Both the position numbers and the translations under genes were made by a program. From positions 1 through 57,922 of IMG/VR virus record IMGVR_UViG_3300029787_000044: a DNA stretch of 57,922 nt; one strand, 5' to 3'. The DNA is from a virus (Duplodnaviria > Caudoviricetes). Shown in pieces: positions 18,701-26,892 of the stretch (positions are counted from its first letter, which is position 1; each line of letters opens with the position of its first letter). The notes below the pieces were generated by a model. That model was not told the DNA's origin, did not search any database, and saw nothing but the letters and a program-made list of their open reading frames with translations.

Positions 18701-21165
18701 CATTAAAAGCTCTGACTACAGGTACTCTTAATACAGCTATTGGTGGTCAATCTATGGAAAGTGCTACAACAGGTGGTAGTAATACTGCTATGGGCTATGG
18801 TGCTTTAAATGCTAATACAACTGCTTCAAATAACACCGCAGTTGGCAAATCTGCTTTAGGAGCAAACACCACAGGTGCTGATAATACAGCTATAGGTTTT
18901 CAAGCTTTAGATGCTAATACTACTGGTAATTACAACACTGCAGTTGGTTTAAATGCTTTATCAAGTAATACAACCGCAGATACTAATACAGCAGTTGGAT
19001 ACGCTTCTCAGTTTTTAAATACTACAGGTGCTGGAAATACCTCACAAGGTTATGTAGCACTTTATGCAAACACTACAGGTGCAGGTAATTCAGCATTTGG
19101 TAGAGGTTCTTTAGAAGCAAATACTGAAGGTGATTATAATACTGCTGTAGGAAGAACAGCTTTAGGAGCAAACACTACAGGTATTAATAATGTAGCATTA
19201 GGTACTTTTGCTTTAGACGCAAACACTACAGCTAATTCAAACATAGCAGTTGGTTATAACTCTTTGAGCAATAACACCACTGGAAATACTAATACAGCAG
19301 TGGGTACAAGTGCTTTATTTACTAATACAGTAGGTGATAGAAACGTAGCTATTGGACACCAAACTTTGTACTATACTATACCTGATTCAAATGTTGATAT
19401 GTACAATGTCGCTGTTGGTTATGAAGCTTTGTTACAAAACACTACAGGTACTAATAATGTTGCCATAGGTGGTTTAGCATTAGATGCAAACACTACCGCA
19501 AGTAATAATACCGCAGTTGGTAAATCTGCTTTAGGAGCAAATACTACAGGTACTAGAAATAACGCCTTTGGTTCTTTATCTTTAGACGCTACAACAACAG
19601 GTTCTTATAATAATGCTTTTGGTTATAGCTCTTTAAGTTCAAACACAACAGGTGCTGAAAATATTGCAGTTGGTGATAATTCTTTGTTAGACAATACAAC
19701 TGGCGACAAAAACACAGCATTAGGTACAAGTTCTTTAGCAAACAACACAACAGCAGACAACAACACAGCCGTAGGTTATTCAGCTTTAAATGCAAACACA
19801 ACTGGTGCTAATAACACTGGTATTGGTGGAAGTGCTTTAGCAGCAAACACCACCGCACATAATAATGTGGCTATGGGATATTTTGCAATGGCATTAAATA
19901 CCACAGGAACAGACAATGTAGCAATGGGTTTTGCTGCCCTAGATGCAAATACAACTGGTGATGACAATACTGCTATTGGAGATAATGCTCTTGGTGCTAA
20001 TACCACAGCAGATAGCAACACAGCAGTTGGCAGCTCTGCTTTAGGAACTAACACAACAGGTGCTGAAAATGTAGCTATGGGAACTTTTTGTTTAGAAAAT
20101 AATACGACAGGTTCTCAAAATACTGCTATTGGGCATAGAGCTTTAGATGCTAATACTACAGCAGCAAGCAACACCGCAGTAGGTTTTGCATGTTTAGGAG
20201 CAAATACTACCGCAACTAGTAACACCGCAGTTGGCAAATCTGCTTTAGGAGCAACCACAGTAGCAGGCAGTAATACAGCTGTTGGTTATAACGCACTAGA
20301 TACTAATACTACTGGAGCAAGTAATACGGCTGTTGGTGCTGAAGCTTTAGATGCTAACACTACAGCTTCTTATAATGTTGCAGTTGGTGAAGTTGCAATG
20401 CGTCTTACTACAACTGGTGCTGCTAATGTAGCGGTTGGTAGAGCTTCTTTTTATACTAATACTACAGGTAGTGACAATACAGCTGTTGGTAATGCGGCTT
20501 TATATAGTGCTACCACAGCATCAAATAATACAGCAGTTGGACATGATGCAGGATTATCAGTAACCACAGGTGCTAATAATACATTAATCGGTTCTTTAGC
20601 AGGCGATGCTATTACAGAAGGCTCAAATAACATTATGATTGGTTATCAAGCAGAAGTTGGTGCTGCTACAGGGAGCAATCAAATATGTATTGGTATTGAT
20701 ATAAATGCTGGTGGAGATAATAATTTTAGTTTTGGTAAAGCCAGTAATGTTGTTACCAACGATTTTGATGCTGATGCAGATTGGTCACGAAGTTCTGATG
20801 TTAGATTAAAAAGAAATATTGAAGATACAACATTAGGTTTAAGTTTTATTAATGATTTAAGACCTATAAAATTTCAATGGAAGCCATCTAATGAAGTCCC
20901 AGAAATAATGACTTCAGAATACAATAAAGAAAATCAAAAGAATTTAGATTATATTAATCATGGTTTTATAGCACAAGAAGTTAAAGAAGCTATAGATAAT
21001 CATGGAGATACAACTTTTGGTGGTTGGCATATTGATGAAAACGACAATGAAACTCAAAGAATTAAAAAGAATATGTTTATTATGCCTTTAATTAAGGCAG
21101 TACAAGAACTGTCTACGCAAGTAGATGAATTAAAACAAGAGTTAAAAACTCTAAAAGGAGAATAA
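15772..21165 (+). CDS. Long tail fibre with 14-aa repeats and C-terminal intramolecular chaperone (peptidase S74-like)
   Basis: N-terminal GTWGNTTNTNLELI anchor; dozens of NTT(G/A)xxN(T/V)A(V/I)GxxAL repeats; C-terminal SSDVRLKRNI...GFIAQEV...LIKAVQEL autocleaving chaperone motif. Confidence 0.92.
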   Translation: MASTYVNNLRLNEMGTGDASGTWGNTTNTNLELIGEALGYGTRAIANASTDNITIADGASDADRSMYLKLTGGGQACTVTLLPNTVSKVWIIENATSYTLTFTAGSGANVAIAAGQVKAIATDGGGSGGVVYDLFTDLELTGNITASTSVTAPLIEASTSVQTPLIEFSDGDDAITIADGGGTTFAAAATFSSSITAASLDISGDIDVDGTTNLDVVDIDGAVDMASTLGVTGVVTANAGVVVDTMTLDAATLTATGDFTIDAAGDIVLDGDGADILFKDAGSLIGFLSMASSNLNLTNNASDGDIIFTGNDGGSSVTALTLDMSAAGAATFNSTINGAGILSNAANFGEGLLISQDAGTGTLSSANRNTGFGYEVFDDLTSGDDNTAFGQQALAALTTAGHNTAVGSNALEANTTGAQNVAVGSLALDSATTADNNVAVGYGSLGVNTTGAQNIAIGSFSLDANTTASNNVAIGYASLGSNTTASDNTAVGKFSLTANTTGTQNTVIGASAGVALTTGGNNVAVGFEALKNEDAHGLNTAIGTQALFTQNAGADAYNVGVGYQAGAAITTGTNNTIIGGLAGDATTTGERNTAVGTSSLTTNTTGSGNSAFGYKSLENSTTASNNTAFGQDTLRATTTGAENTAVGLDTLDANTTGTSNVAMGNDALGGNTTGSYNIAIGRVALTSNTTADNNIAIGYNTLNANSTGALNVGIGNYVLDANTTASNNVGIGYNSLSANTTGAFNTAVGSVTLDANTTASNNTGIGYNALGANTTGAANTALGYNALDDNTTASNNVAIGSQALTANTTGTANTAVGTLALLANTTANDNTAMGTSSLAANTTGTRNTALGRSALTANTTGDYNTAVGTFALDSTTTADGNTAVGYGAMDVNTTGANNVAIGMQALDANTTASNNTAVGYNSLTANTTGNLNIAVGNESLATNTVGDRNVAIGYQALTTFNPASNVDAYNTAMGHVALKALTTGTLNTAIGGQSMESATTGGSNTAMGYGALNANTTASNNTAVGKSALGANTTGADNTAIGFQALDANTTGNYNTAVGLNALSSNTTADTNTAVGYASQFLNTTGAGNTSQGYVALYANTTGAGNSAFGRGSLEANTEGDYNTAVGRTALGANTTGINNVALGTFALDANTTANSNIAVGYNSLSNNTTGNTNTAVGTSALFTNTVGDRNVAIGHQTLYYTIPDSNVDMYNVAVGYEALLQNTTGTNNVAIGGLALDANTTASNNTAVGKSALGANTTGTRNNAFGSLSLDATTTGSYNNAFGYSSLSSNTTGAENIAVGDNSLLDNTTGDKNTALGTSSLANNTTADNNTAVGYSALNANTTGANNTGIGGSALAANTTAHNNVAMGYFAMALNTTGTDNVAMGFAALDANTTGDDNTAIGDNALGANTTADSNTAVGSSALGTNTTGAENVAMGTFCLENNTTGSQNTAIGHRALDANTTAASNTAVGFACLGANTTATSNTAVGKSALGATTVAGSNTAVGYNALDTNTTGASNTAVGAEALDANTTASYNVAVGEVAMRLTTTGAANVAVGRASFYTNTTGSDNTAVGNAALYSATTASNNTAVGHDAGLSVTTGANNTLIGSLAGDAITEGSNNIMIGYQAEVGAATGSNQICIGIDINAGGDNNFSFGKASNVVTNDFDADADWSRSSDVRLKRNIEDTTLGLSFINDLRPIKFQWKPSNEVPEIMTSEYNKENQKNLDYINHGFIAQEVKEAIDNHGDTTFGGWHIDENDNETQRIKKNMFIMPLIKAVQELSTQVDELKQELKTLKGE

Positions 21166-21166
21166 A

Positions 21167-21442
21167 ATGGCACAAACAGTAACAGAATGTTTAGCAGCAG
21201 GAACTGATAGCGTAAACTTAATTGATGGTGTAAAAGCTGGAAGTTGGGACGTTGAAGGAATGACACAAGCTGAAATAAACGAGATGGTTCAAAGAAACGT
21301 AGACCACTTATCTACAATCTTACTATACGAACCAGTTGATTCTGATGATGACACTCCAGATGTAAAAGGTGCAGCAAGCAGTAAAAAAACTACTCACGTT
21401 GCAGCAGTTACAACTGGTACTGATTACATCGCAGCAAATTAA
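21167..21442 (+). CDS. Small protein after tail fibre (possible fibre assembly factor)
   Basis: RBS AAGGAG; VQRNVDHL motif. Confidence 0.7.
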   Translation: MAQTVTECLAAGTDSVNLIDGVKAGSWDVEGMTQAEINEMVQRNVDHLSTILLYEPVDSDDDTPDVKGAASSKKTTHVAAVTTGTDYIAAN

Positions 21443-21520
21443 TTTAATAAGTGTAACAATCACAGCTGACCTAAGGGTTGAGGTGTGCAAACTCAAACTA
21501 AACCTGAGGAGGTAAATTAA

Positions 21521-21769
21521 ATGAGTAATAAAGAAGAAGATAATAAAGCAGTAATCGGGGATAAAGAAATTTTAGAGTCAGAAATGACAGAACAACAAAA
21601 ATATCTTGCTAACCAAATAACTGATTTAAGAAATAAAGAAGCTAAATTAAAATTTGATTTAGATCAAATAGTAGCCGCTTTAAATGTTTTTCAAAATACC
21701 TTTATAGCTTCGACGCAAGAAGTTGCAGATGAAGTATTAACCGAAAAAGATAAGGGAGATAAAGAATGA
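21521..21769 (+). CDS. Small coiled-coil protein
   Basis: RBS GAGGAGG; heptad pattern. Confidence 0.7.
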   Translation: MSNKEEDNKAVIGDKEILESEMTEQQKYLANQITDLRNKEAKLKFDLDQIVAALNVFQNTFIASTQEVADEVLTEKDKGDKE

Positions 21770-21921
21770 TAGAATTAGTAATGTGGATTACCACAATAAT
21801 CGCGGTTGCTTCACTAATAGCCGCTTCAACACCAACACCGAAAGATGACAAATGGATTGGTAAATTTTATAAATTTATTGATTTATTAGCCTTAAACATA
21901 GGTAAAGCCAAAGATAAGTAA
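21766..21921 (+). CDS. Small membrane protein, holin-like (not in ORF track)
   Basis: MIELVMWITTIIAVASLIAASTPTPKDDKWIGKFYKFIDLLALNIGKAKDK*; RBS GGGAG, overlaps both neighbours. Confidence 0.7.
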   Translation: MIELVMWITTIIAVASLIAASTPTPKDDKWIGKFYKFIDLLALNIGKAKDK

Positions 21922-22103
21922 TGGTCACGGTAAAGGATGCTTTAGCAGAACTTAACGCACATGAAAGAGAGTGCGCTATTCGATACGAATATATTGAAAA
22001 ACGTCTCGATGAGGGTTCTGCTAAATTTAAAAGATTAGAAATGTTGTTATGGGGGGTTTATCCATTTATACTAGGTTCTATAGTTTTTGCTGCCTTTATC
22101 TAG
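21921..22103 (+). CDS. Small protein with C-terminal TM helix
   Basis: HERECAIRY...RLDEGSAKFKRLE followed by a hydrophobic C-terminus. Confidence 0.7.
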   Translation: MVTVKDALAELNAHERECAIRYEYIEKRLDEGSAKFKRLEMLLWGVYPFILGSIVFAAFI

Positions 22104-22112
22104 GAGAGAACA

Positions 22113-24005
22113 GTGCCTTTACAAAAATTTGTTTTTAGACCAGGAATAAACAAAGAATCGACAGCTTACGCTAATGAAGGAGGTTGGTTTGATTCTAATT
22201 TAGTGCGTTTTCGTAAAGGTTTGCCTGAAAAAATAGGGGGTTGGACTAAAGCTACTGGAACTACTTTTAAATCTACAGGACGAGCAATGCATGCTTGGAC
22301 GGATAACGATGGAACTAGATTAATCGGTTTAGGTACAACTTGGAAATACTATGCGGTAGAAGGACAAGTTTATTACGATGTAACACCTATTCGAGCAACG
22401 ACAACTGACGGAATTACTTTTGCTGCTACTGACGGCAGTTCAACTATAACAGCTACTGACAGTAATCATCAAGTTGTTCTTAATGACTTTGTTACAATAA
22501 GCGGAGCAGTTAGTTTAGGCGGGCTTGTTACGGCTGCTGTATTAAATCAAGAATATCAAGTAACTTCAGTACCCACCGCAAATACTTTTACTTTTACAGC
22601 TAAAGATACTAGTGATAACACAGTTACTGCTAATTCTAGCGATTCAGGTAATGGTGGGTCTAGTGCAGATGCTGCATATCAAATAAATGTGGGTTTAGAT
22701 GTTTACGTGCCGTCCACAGGGTGGGGTTCTGATTATTGGGGTTCAGGAACTTGGGGCAGTGTTTCTGCTTTAGGAGCTAATAATCAATTACGTATTTGGT
22801 CACATGATAACTTCGGTGAAGATTTAATTATGAATGTTCGCGGAGCAGGTGTTTATTATCACGACGTAGGGGGAGGAGTTTCTAATAGAGCAGTGGCTCT
22901 TTCTGCACTTACTGATTCTAATTTAGCTCCTACCGTAGCCTTACAAGTTTTAGTTTCTGATATAGATAGACATGTTATTTGTTTTGGAGCAGATCCAATA
23001 AGTGCTTCAGGAGTGACTAGAACAAACGTAGTTGATCCGATGTTTATAGCTTGGAGTGATCAAGAAAATGCAGAACAATGGGAACCTTTACCGACTAACA
23101 CGGCAGGATCTTTTAGACTTTCAGCAGGATCTTCAATTATAGGAGCTCTTAGAGCAAGACAAGAAACTTTAGTTTGGACAGATACTTCATTATATTCAAT
23201 GTCTTTTGTAGGACAACCATTTACTTTTGCAGTTAATTTAGTTAATGAAGGAGTTGGGTTAGTTGGACCTAATGCTATGATAAACACCCCTAAAGGAGTG
23301 TTTTGGATGGATAAAAAAGGTTTTTATTCTTACACAGGTCAAATACAACAAATGCCTTGCACCGTTGATGAGTATGTTTTTACTGATATAAACCAAACAC
23401 AAAGTTATCAAATATTTGCTTTTCTAAATAAAGCTTTCGATGAGGTAGGTTGGTTTTATTGTTCAGGAACAAACAACGTTATTGATAAATATGTTACTTA
23501 TAATTACGAAGAAAATGTTTGGATGATTGGAGAACTTTCTAGAACTTGTTGGTTAGATGAAGGAGTTTTTCCTGATCCTAAAGCTACCTCATCTACAAAC
23601 GATGTAGGTTATTTATATAATCATGAAACAGGAGACGATAACGATGGCACCGCGATGACTAATGTGTTTATAGAGTCTAGTGACTTTGATCTTGATCCTG
23701 CAGGGGAAGATTTCCAGTCCATAAGTAGAATAATCCCCGACATTAAATTCACAGGAGACGCTAGTTTAGGCAGTGAGGGTCAAAAAGTAGACATAGTTTT
23801 AAAAAGAAGAAATTTTCCTGGAGAGGAATTAACTACCGCAGTAACAAGTTCTTGTACTTCAGTTACTACTAAAATAGATACAAGAGTAAGGGGAAGACAA
23901 GCAGTTTTACGTATTCAATCTAACGATGATAACACCAACGTTATAGGTACATCGTTCAGAATAGGAGCTATGCGTATGGATGTAAAGCCTGATGGAAAAA
24001 GATAA
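22113..24005 (+). CDS. Tail hub/nozzle protein (P22 gp10-like / tail tubular B-like)
   Basis: 630 aa beta-propeller-like; PGINKEST...VRFRKG-x-PEKIGGW start; precedes ejection-type genes. Confidence 0.7.
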   Translation: MPLQKFVFRPGINKESTAYANEGGWFDSNLVRFRKGLPEKIGGWTKATGTTFKSTGRAMHAWTDNDGTRLIGLGTTWKYYAVEGQVYYDVTPIRATTTDGITFAATDGSSTITATDSNHQVVLNDFVTISGAVSLGGLVTAAVLNQEYQVTSVPTANTFTFTAKDTSDNTVTANSSDSGNGGSSADAAYQINVGLDVYVPSTGWGSDYWGSGTWGSVSALGANNQLRIWSHDNFGEDLIMNVRGAGVYYHDVGGGVSNRAVALSALTDSNLAPTVALQVLVSDIDRHVICFGADPISASGVTRTNVVDPMFIAWSDQENAEQWEPLPTNTAGSFRLSAGSSIIGALRARQETLVWTDTSLYSMSFVGQPFTFAVNLVNEGVGLVGPNAMINTPKGVFWMDKKGFYSYTGQIQQMPCTVDEYVFTDINQTQSYQIFAFLNKAFDEVGWFYCSGTNNVIDKYVTYNYEENVWMIGELSRTCWLDEGVFPDPKATSSTNDVGYLYNHETGDDNDGTAMTNVFIESSDFDLDPAGEDFQSISRIIPDIKFTGDASLGSEGQKVDIVLKRRNFPGEELTTAVTSSCTSVTTKIDTRVRGRQAVLRIQSNDDNTNVIGTSFRIGAMRMDVKPDGKR

Positions 24006-24346
24006 TGGCTAAACTATTAGAAACGAAACTGCCTTACGCTGTTTCGCCTGTTACTTCAGTTACTGCAGCTTTGTTGTTTAATCGTTTAGTAAGGATTTTA
24101 GAATTAAGTCTAGGTCGGGTAGATATTGGAGCGACAATAAATGTTAATGAAACACAAAGAAACATAAACCAATTCAATAAAGGCGATGTTATTTGGAATT
24201 TATCCACACAACAGCTACAATTATGGACAGGAGAACAATGGGTAGATATCTATCAAGGTTCCGAAAAAGGAGTAGAGGGGGTTACAGCATTAGGAAATGT
24301 CTCAATTTCTACAGGTGGTTCAACAACAATAATATTAGGAGAGTAA
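24005..24346 (+). CDS. Hypothetical tail-module protein
   Basis: Coupled to the previous gene; GDVIWN...LQLWTGEQW motif. Confidence 0.7.
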   Translation: MAKLLETKLPYAVSPVTSVTAALLFNRLVRILELSLGRVDIGATINVNETQRNINQFNKGDVIWNLSTQQLQLWTGEQWVDIYQGSEKGVEGVTALGNVSISTGGSTTIILGE

Positions 24347-24348
24347 GT

Positions 24349-24795
24349 ATGAACATAGATAAACTTAGAGAAGAATTAACATTTGACGAAGGATGTATTA
24401 ATAAAATATATCTTGATCATTTAGATTACCCTACTTTTGGAATAGGTCATTTAGTATTAAAATCTGATCCAGAACATGGGAAAGACATAGGAACTCCTGT
24501 TTCAGAAAAAAGAATAAAAGAATGTTTCGAAAAAGACATACAAAATGTTATAAATGATTTAGATAGAAATATGACATGGTGGAAAGATTTACCAGAAGAT
24601 TTACAAAGAGTTATGGCTAATATGTGTTTTAACTTAGGTATAACTAGGTTATTAAAATTTAAAAAGTTTTTAAGTGCGATGGAAGAACATAAATGGGATA
24701 AAGCCGCAGTTGAAATGTTAGATAGTCGTTGGGCTATACAAGTAGGTCCAAGAGCTATAAGATTGAAAGATAGAGTATTAAAACAAGGAGACTAA
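24349..24795 (+). CDS. T4-type lysozyme (GH24 endolysin)
   Basis: DEG...YLDHLDYPTFGIGHL catalytic E-D-T motif; NMCFNLG; AAVEMLDSRWA-x-QV-x2-RA. RBS AGGAG supports the ATG at 24349. Confidence 0.92.
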   Translation: MNIDKLREELTFDEGCINKIYLDHLDYPTFGIGHLVLKSDPEHGKDIGTPVSEKRIKECFEKDIQNVINDLDRNMTWWKDLPEDLQRVMANMCFNLGITRLLKFKKFLSAMEEHKWDKAAVEMLDSRWAIQVGPRAIRLKDRVLKQGD

Positions 24796-24796
24796 A

Positions 24797-24892
24797 ATGC
24801 CACACGGACCAGGATCATACGGAACTACAAGAGGCAGACCGCCTAAAAAGAAGATGAAGAAGATAAAGAAAAAGAAAAAGACAAAGAAATAA
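24797..24892 (+). CDS. Tiny Lys-rich basic peptide (not in ORF track)
   Basis: MPHGPGSYGTTRGRPPKKKMKKIKKKKKTKK*; RBS AAGGAG, coupled to the next ORF. Confidence 0.7.
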   Translation: MPHGPGSYGTTRGRPPKKKMKKIKKKKKTKK

Positions 24893-25080
24893 TGCCAGCA
24901 AAAAAGAAAACACATAAAACTAAAGACGGCAGAACCGCTAGAAAAGGTCTTTATTACTATATAAATAAAAAGAAAAAAGAAGGCAGAAAGCCTCGTAAAA
25001 AAGGAGCTAAAGGTGCCCCTACAAGGGAGGCTTTTATACGTTCTGCTAAAACAGCAAAAAAACCTAAAAAGAAAAAATAA
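24892..25080 (+). CDS. Small highly basic protein
   Basis: K/R-rich; KGLYYYINKKKK...KGAKGAPT...SAKTAKK. Confidence 0.75.
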   Translation: MPAKKKTHKTKDGRTARKGLYYYINKKKKEGRKPRKKGAKGAPTREAFIRSAKTAKKPKKKK

Positions 25081-25373
25081 TGCCTCGTAAAAAAGAAAAG
25101 TCTATAAGACGTACTACAGGTAAAGGCGGTAATTATCGCAAAACTAAATCTGGCGCAGGCATGACTAAGAAAGGCGTTAAGGCTTATAGAAGAAAAAATC
25201 CAGGAAGTAAATTAAAAACAGCAGTTACGGGAAAAGTTAAAAAAGGTAGTAAGGCTGCAAAAAGGAGAAAATCTTACTGTGCTAGAAGTGCAGGACAAAT
25301 GAAGAAATTTCCTAAAGCAGCTAAAAACCCTAACTCAAGATTACGTCAAGCACGTAAAAGGTGGAAATGTTAA
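25080..25373 (+). CDS. Small highly basic protein
   Basis: GAGMTKKGVKAYRRKNPGSKLKTAVTG...RRKSYCARS...ARKRWKC. Confidence 0.8.
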   Translation: MPRKKEKSIRRTTGKGGNYRKTKSGAGMTKKGVKAYRRKNPGSKLKTAVTGKVKKGSKAAKRRKSYCARSAGQMKKFPKAAKNPNSRLRQARKRWKC

Positions 25374-25757
25374 ATGGCTAAAAAAGCACCAGATGCGTTT
25401 GTATACAACGCTACATTAGAAAGAATAGTAGATGGAGACACTTTTGATTGTTGTCTTGATTTAGGTTTTGATGTAAAACTACATAAACAACGAGTAAGGC
25501 TTTCTGGAATAGATACCCCAGAATCAAGAACACGTGACTTAGAAGAAAAGAAACTTGGTCTTGCTGCAAAGGCTCGATTAAAAGAACTTTGTGAAGGTAA
25601 ACTTAAAATAAAATCTTTAGGCAAAGGCAAGTACGGTCGTATTCTCGGTATTCCGTACACAAAAGATGGCAAAGATATTTGTCAAATATTAATTGATGAA
25701 GGTCACGCAGTTGAATATGATGGCGGGACTAAAACTAAAATTTGGGGTGCATACTAA
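25374..25757 (+). CDS. Thermonuclease (staphylococcal nuclease-like)
   Basis: RIVDGDT, VRLSGIDTPE and GKYGRILG SNase motifs; no signal peptide. Confidence 0.9.
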   Translation: MAKKAPDAFVYNATLERIVDGDTFDCCLDLGFDVKLHKQRVRLSGIDTPESRTRDLEEKKLGLAAKARLKELCEGKLKIKSLGKGKYGRILGIPYTKDGKDICQILIDEGHAVEYDGGTKTKIWGAY

Positions 25758-26149
25758 TGAATGATGGAAGCGGAAGATTTGGCGGCGATATGGATAGAAA
25801 TGAAGTAGAGATGGATCTTAATAAGTTCATGGCTATGATTCAAGAAATTGGCGAACTTAAAGATAAAATAAGAACTTTAGAAGATACAACTAATGTAAAT
25901 CCTTGGCAAAAAGTAATTCATTTAGCACAAGCTGTAGATTCTTGGAGATTATTTCCTAGAGCTTTTCTTAGTATTTATATGTATCTTTTGTATTACACAA
26001 CATTTTGGTTTATGGCATTAGAGTCACCTACTTTTGAACAGTCAGGATTAATATCAATAGTAGTAGGAGCAGGTGCTGCTTGGTTTGGTTTATACGCAGG
26101 CACTTCTGGATCGAGTAAGTCTTTTAAAGGTGAGGCTAATAAAGAATAG
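25757..26149 (+). CDS. Membrane protein with two TM helices (possible holin)
   Basis: DSWRLFPR followed by two hydrophobic segments; TAATG coupling supports the start at 25757. Confidence 0.65.
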   Translation: MNDGSGRFGGDMDRNEVEMDLNKFMAMIQEIGELKDKIRTLEDTTNVNPWQKVIHLAQAVDSWRLFPRAFLSIYMYLLYYTTFWFMALESPTFEQSGLISIVVGAGAAWFGLYAGTSGSSKSFKGEANKE

Positions 26150-26150
26150 T

Positions 26151-26348
26151 ATGGCTATAGATGGTAAAAAGATCTATTTAACTGAATTTAAAGTAGGCAC
26201 TGTAGTTTATGAGGGACCTTATATTTATGCTAATTCGTTTGAGGAAGCTGATATAGAAGCAGTAGATTTCGGAGTAGTTATAGTAGGAGAAGCCGCTATA
26301 GTTAAAAAAGATAATAACGAAGAAGAATGGAACAGAGTTTTACATTAA
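26151..26348 (+). CDS. Small hypothetical protein
   Basis: MAIDGKKIYLTEF...YEGPYIYANSFEEA; fills the gap between neighbours. Confidence 0.6.
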   Translation: MAIDGKKIYLTEFKVGTVVYEGPYIYANSFEEADIEAVDFGVVIVGEAAIVKKDNNEEEWNRVLH

Positions 26349-26623
26349 TAGCTGAACTTGGTTTACCTGTGGCAGGTGGACTTATTATGGCTTACTTCAT
26401 CTTTTTAATCATGAAACAGCTTATGGGGCAATTAGTTAATGATATAAAAACCGTTGAAGGCATTACTAAAATGTTAATTACTAGAGCCTCTATAATGAAC
26501 AACGATATTATACGAATAGATACCAGTGTTTCAAGTGCTTTAAATTTGAAACCTGATTTAAATAGGATAGCTAGAGCAGAAAATTTTGTAGAAGATGGAA
26601 AGATAGACGCTAGGAGAGATTAA
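26327..26623 (+). CDS. Small single-TM protein A of the curli-like operon
   Basis: LIAELGLPVAGGLIMAYFIF TM followed by a helix with NNDIIRID; paralog of the next gene. Confidence 0.75.
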   Translation: MEQSFTLIAELGLPVAGGLIMAYFIFLIMKQLMGQLVNDIKTVEGITKMLITRASIMNNDIIRIDTSVSSALNLKPDLNRIARAENFVEDGKIDARRD

Positions 26624-26892
26624 TGGACATAGTCCAACTAGTTTCCGAGTTTGGATTTCCTGTAGTAATGGTAGTTGGGTTAGGTTATTTCGTTTATTTT
26701 GTTTGGCAAACGGTAACTAAAGTCATAGATCCTGCTGTAGGTGAAATGAAGAAAACTATAATACGCCTAACCGATCAATTACGTTTATTAGACCAAGACA
26801 TGATAAGACTACAACAAAAAGTAAACACAGTATTAGAACTTAAAGAACAGGAGGCATTAGATAATGACAACAAAAAAGAAAAAACTAAATAA
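26623..26892 (+). CDS. Small single-TM protein B of the curli-like operon
   Basis: LVSEFGFPVVMVVGLGYFVYF TM followed by a coiled coil with DQDMIRLQ. Confidence 0.75.
   Translation: MDIVQLVSEFGFPVVMVVGLGYFVYFVWQTVTKVIDPAVGEMKKTIIRLTDQLRLLDQDMIRLQQKVNTVLELKEQEALDNDNKKEKTK

Noticed and set aside
15072-20633. Long minus-strand ORFs opposite the fibre genes (e.g. 15072..15521, 16164..16781)
   Set aside because: Antisense shadows of repetitive Thr/Ala/Gly codons; no RBS or recognisable motifs.
15772-21165. Diversity-generating retroelement acting on the tail fibre
   Set aside because: No reverse transcriptase and no template/variable repeat pair differing only at adenines; the repeats are in-frame coding repeats.
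24193-24348. N-terminal extension of the lysozyme given in the ORF track
   Set aside because: Overlaps ORF 24005 out of frame; the lysozyme fold and a good RBS begin at ATG 24349.
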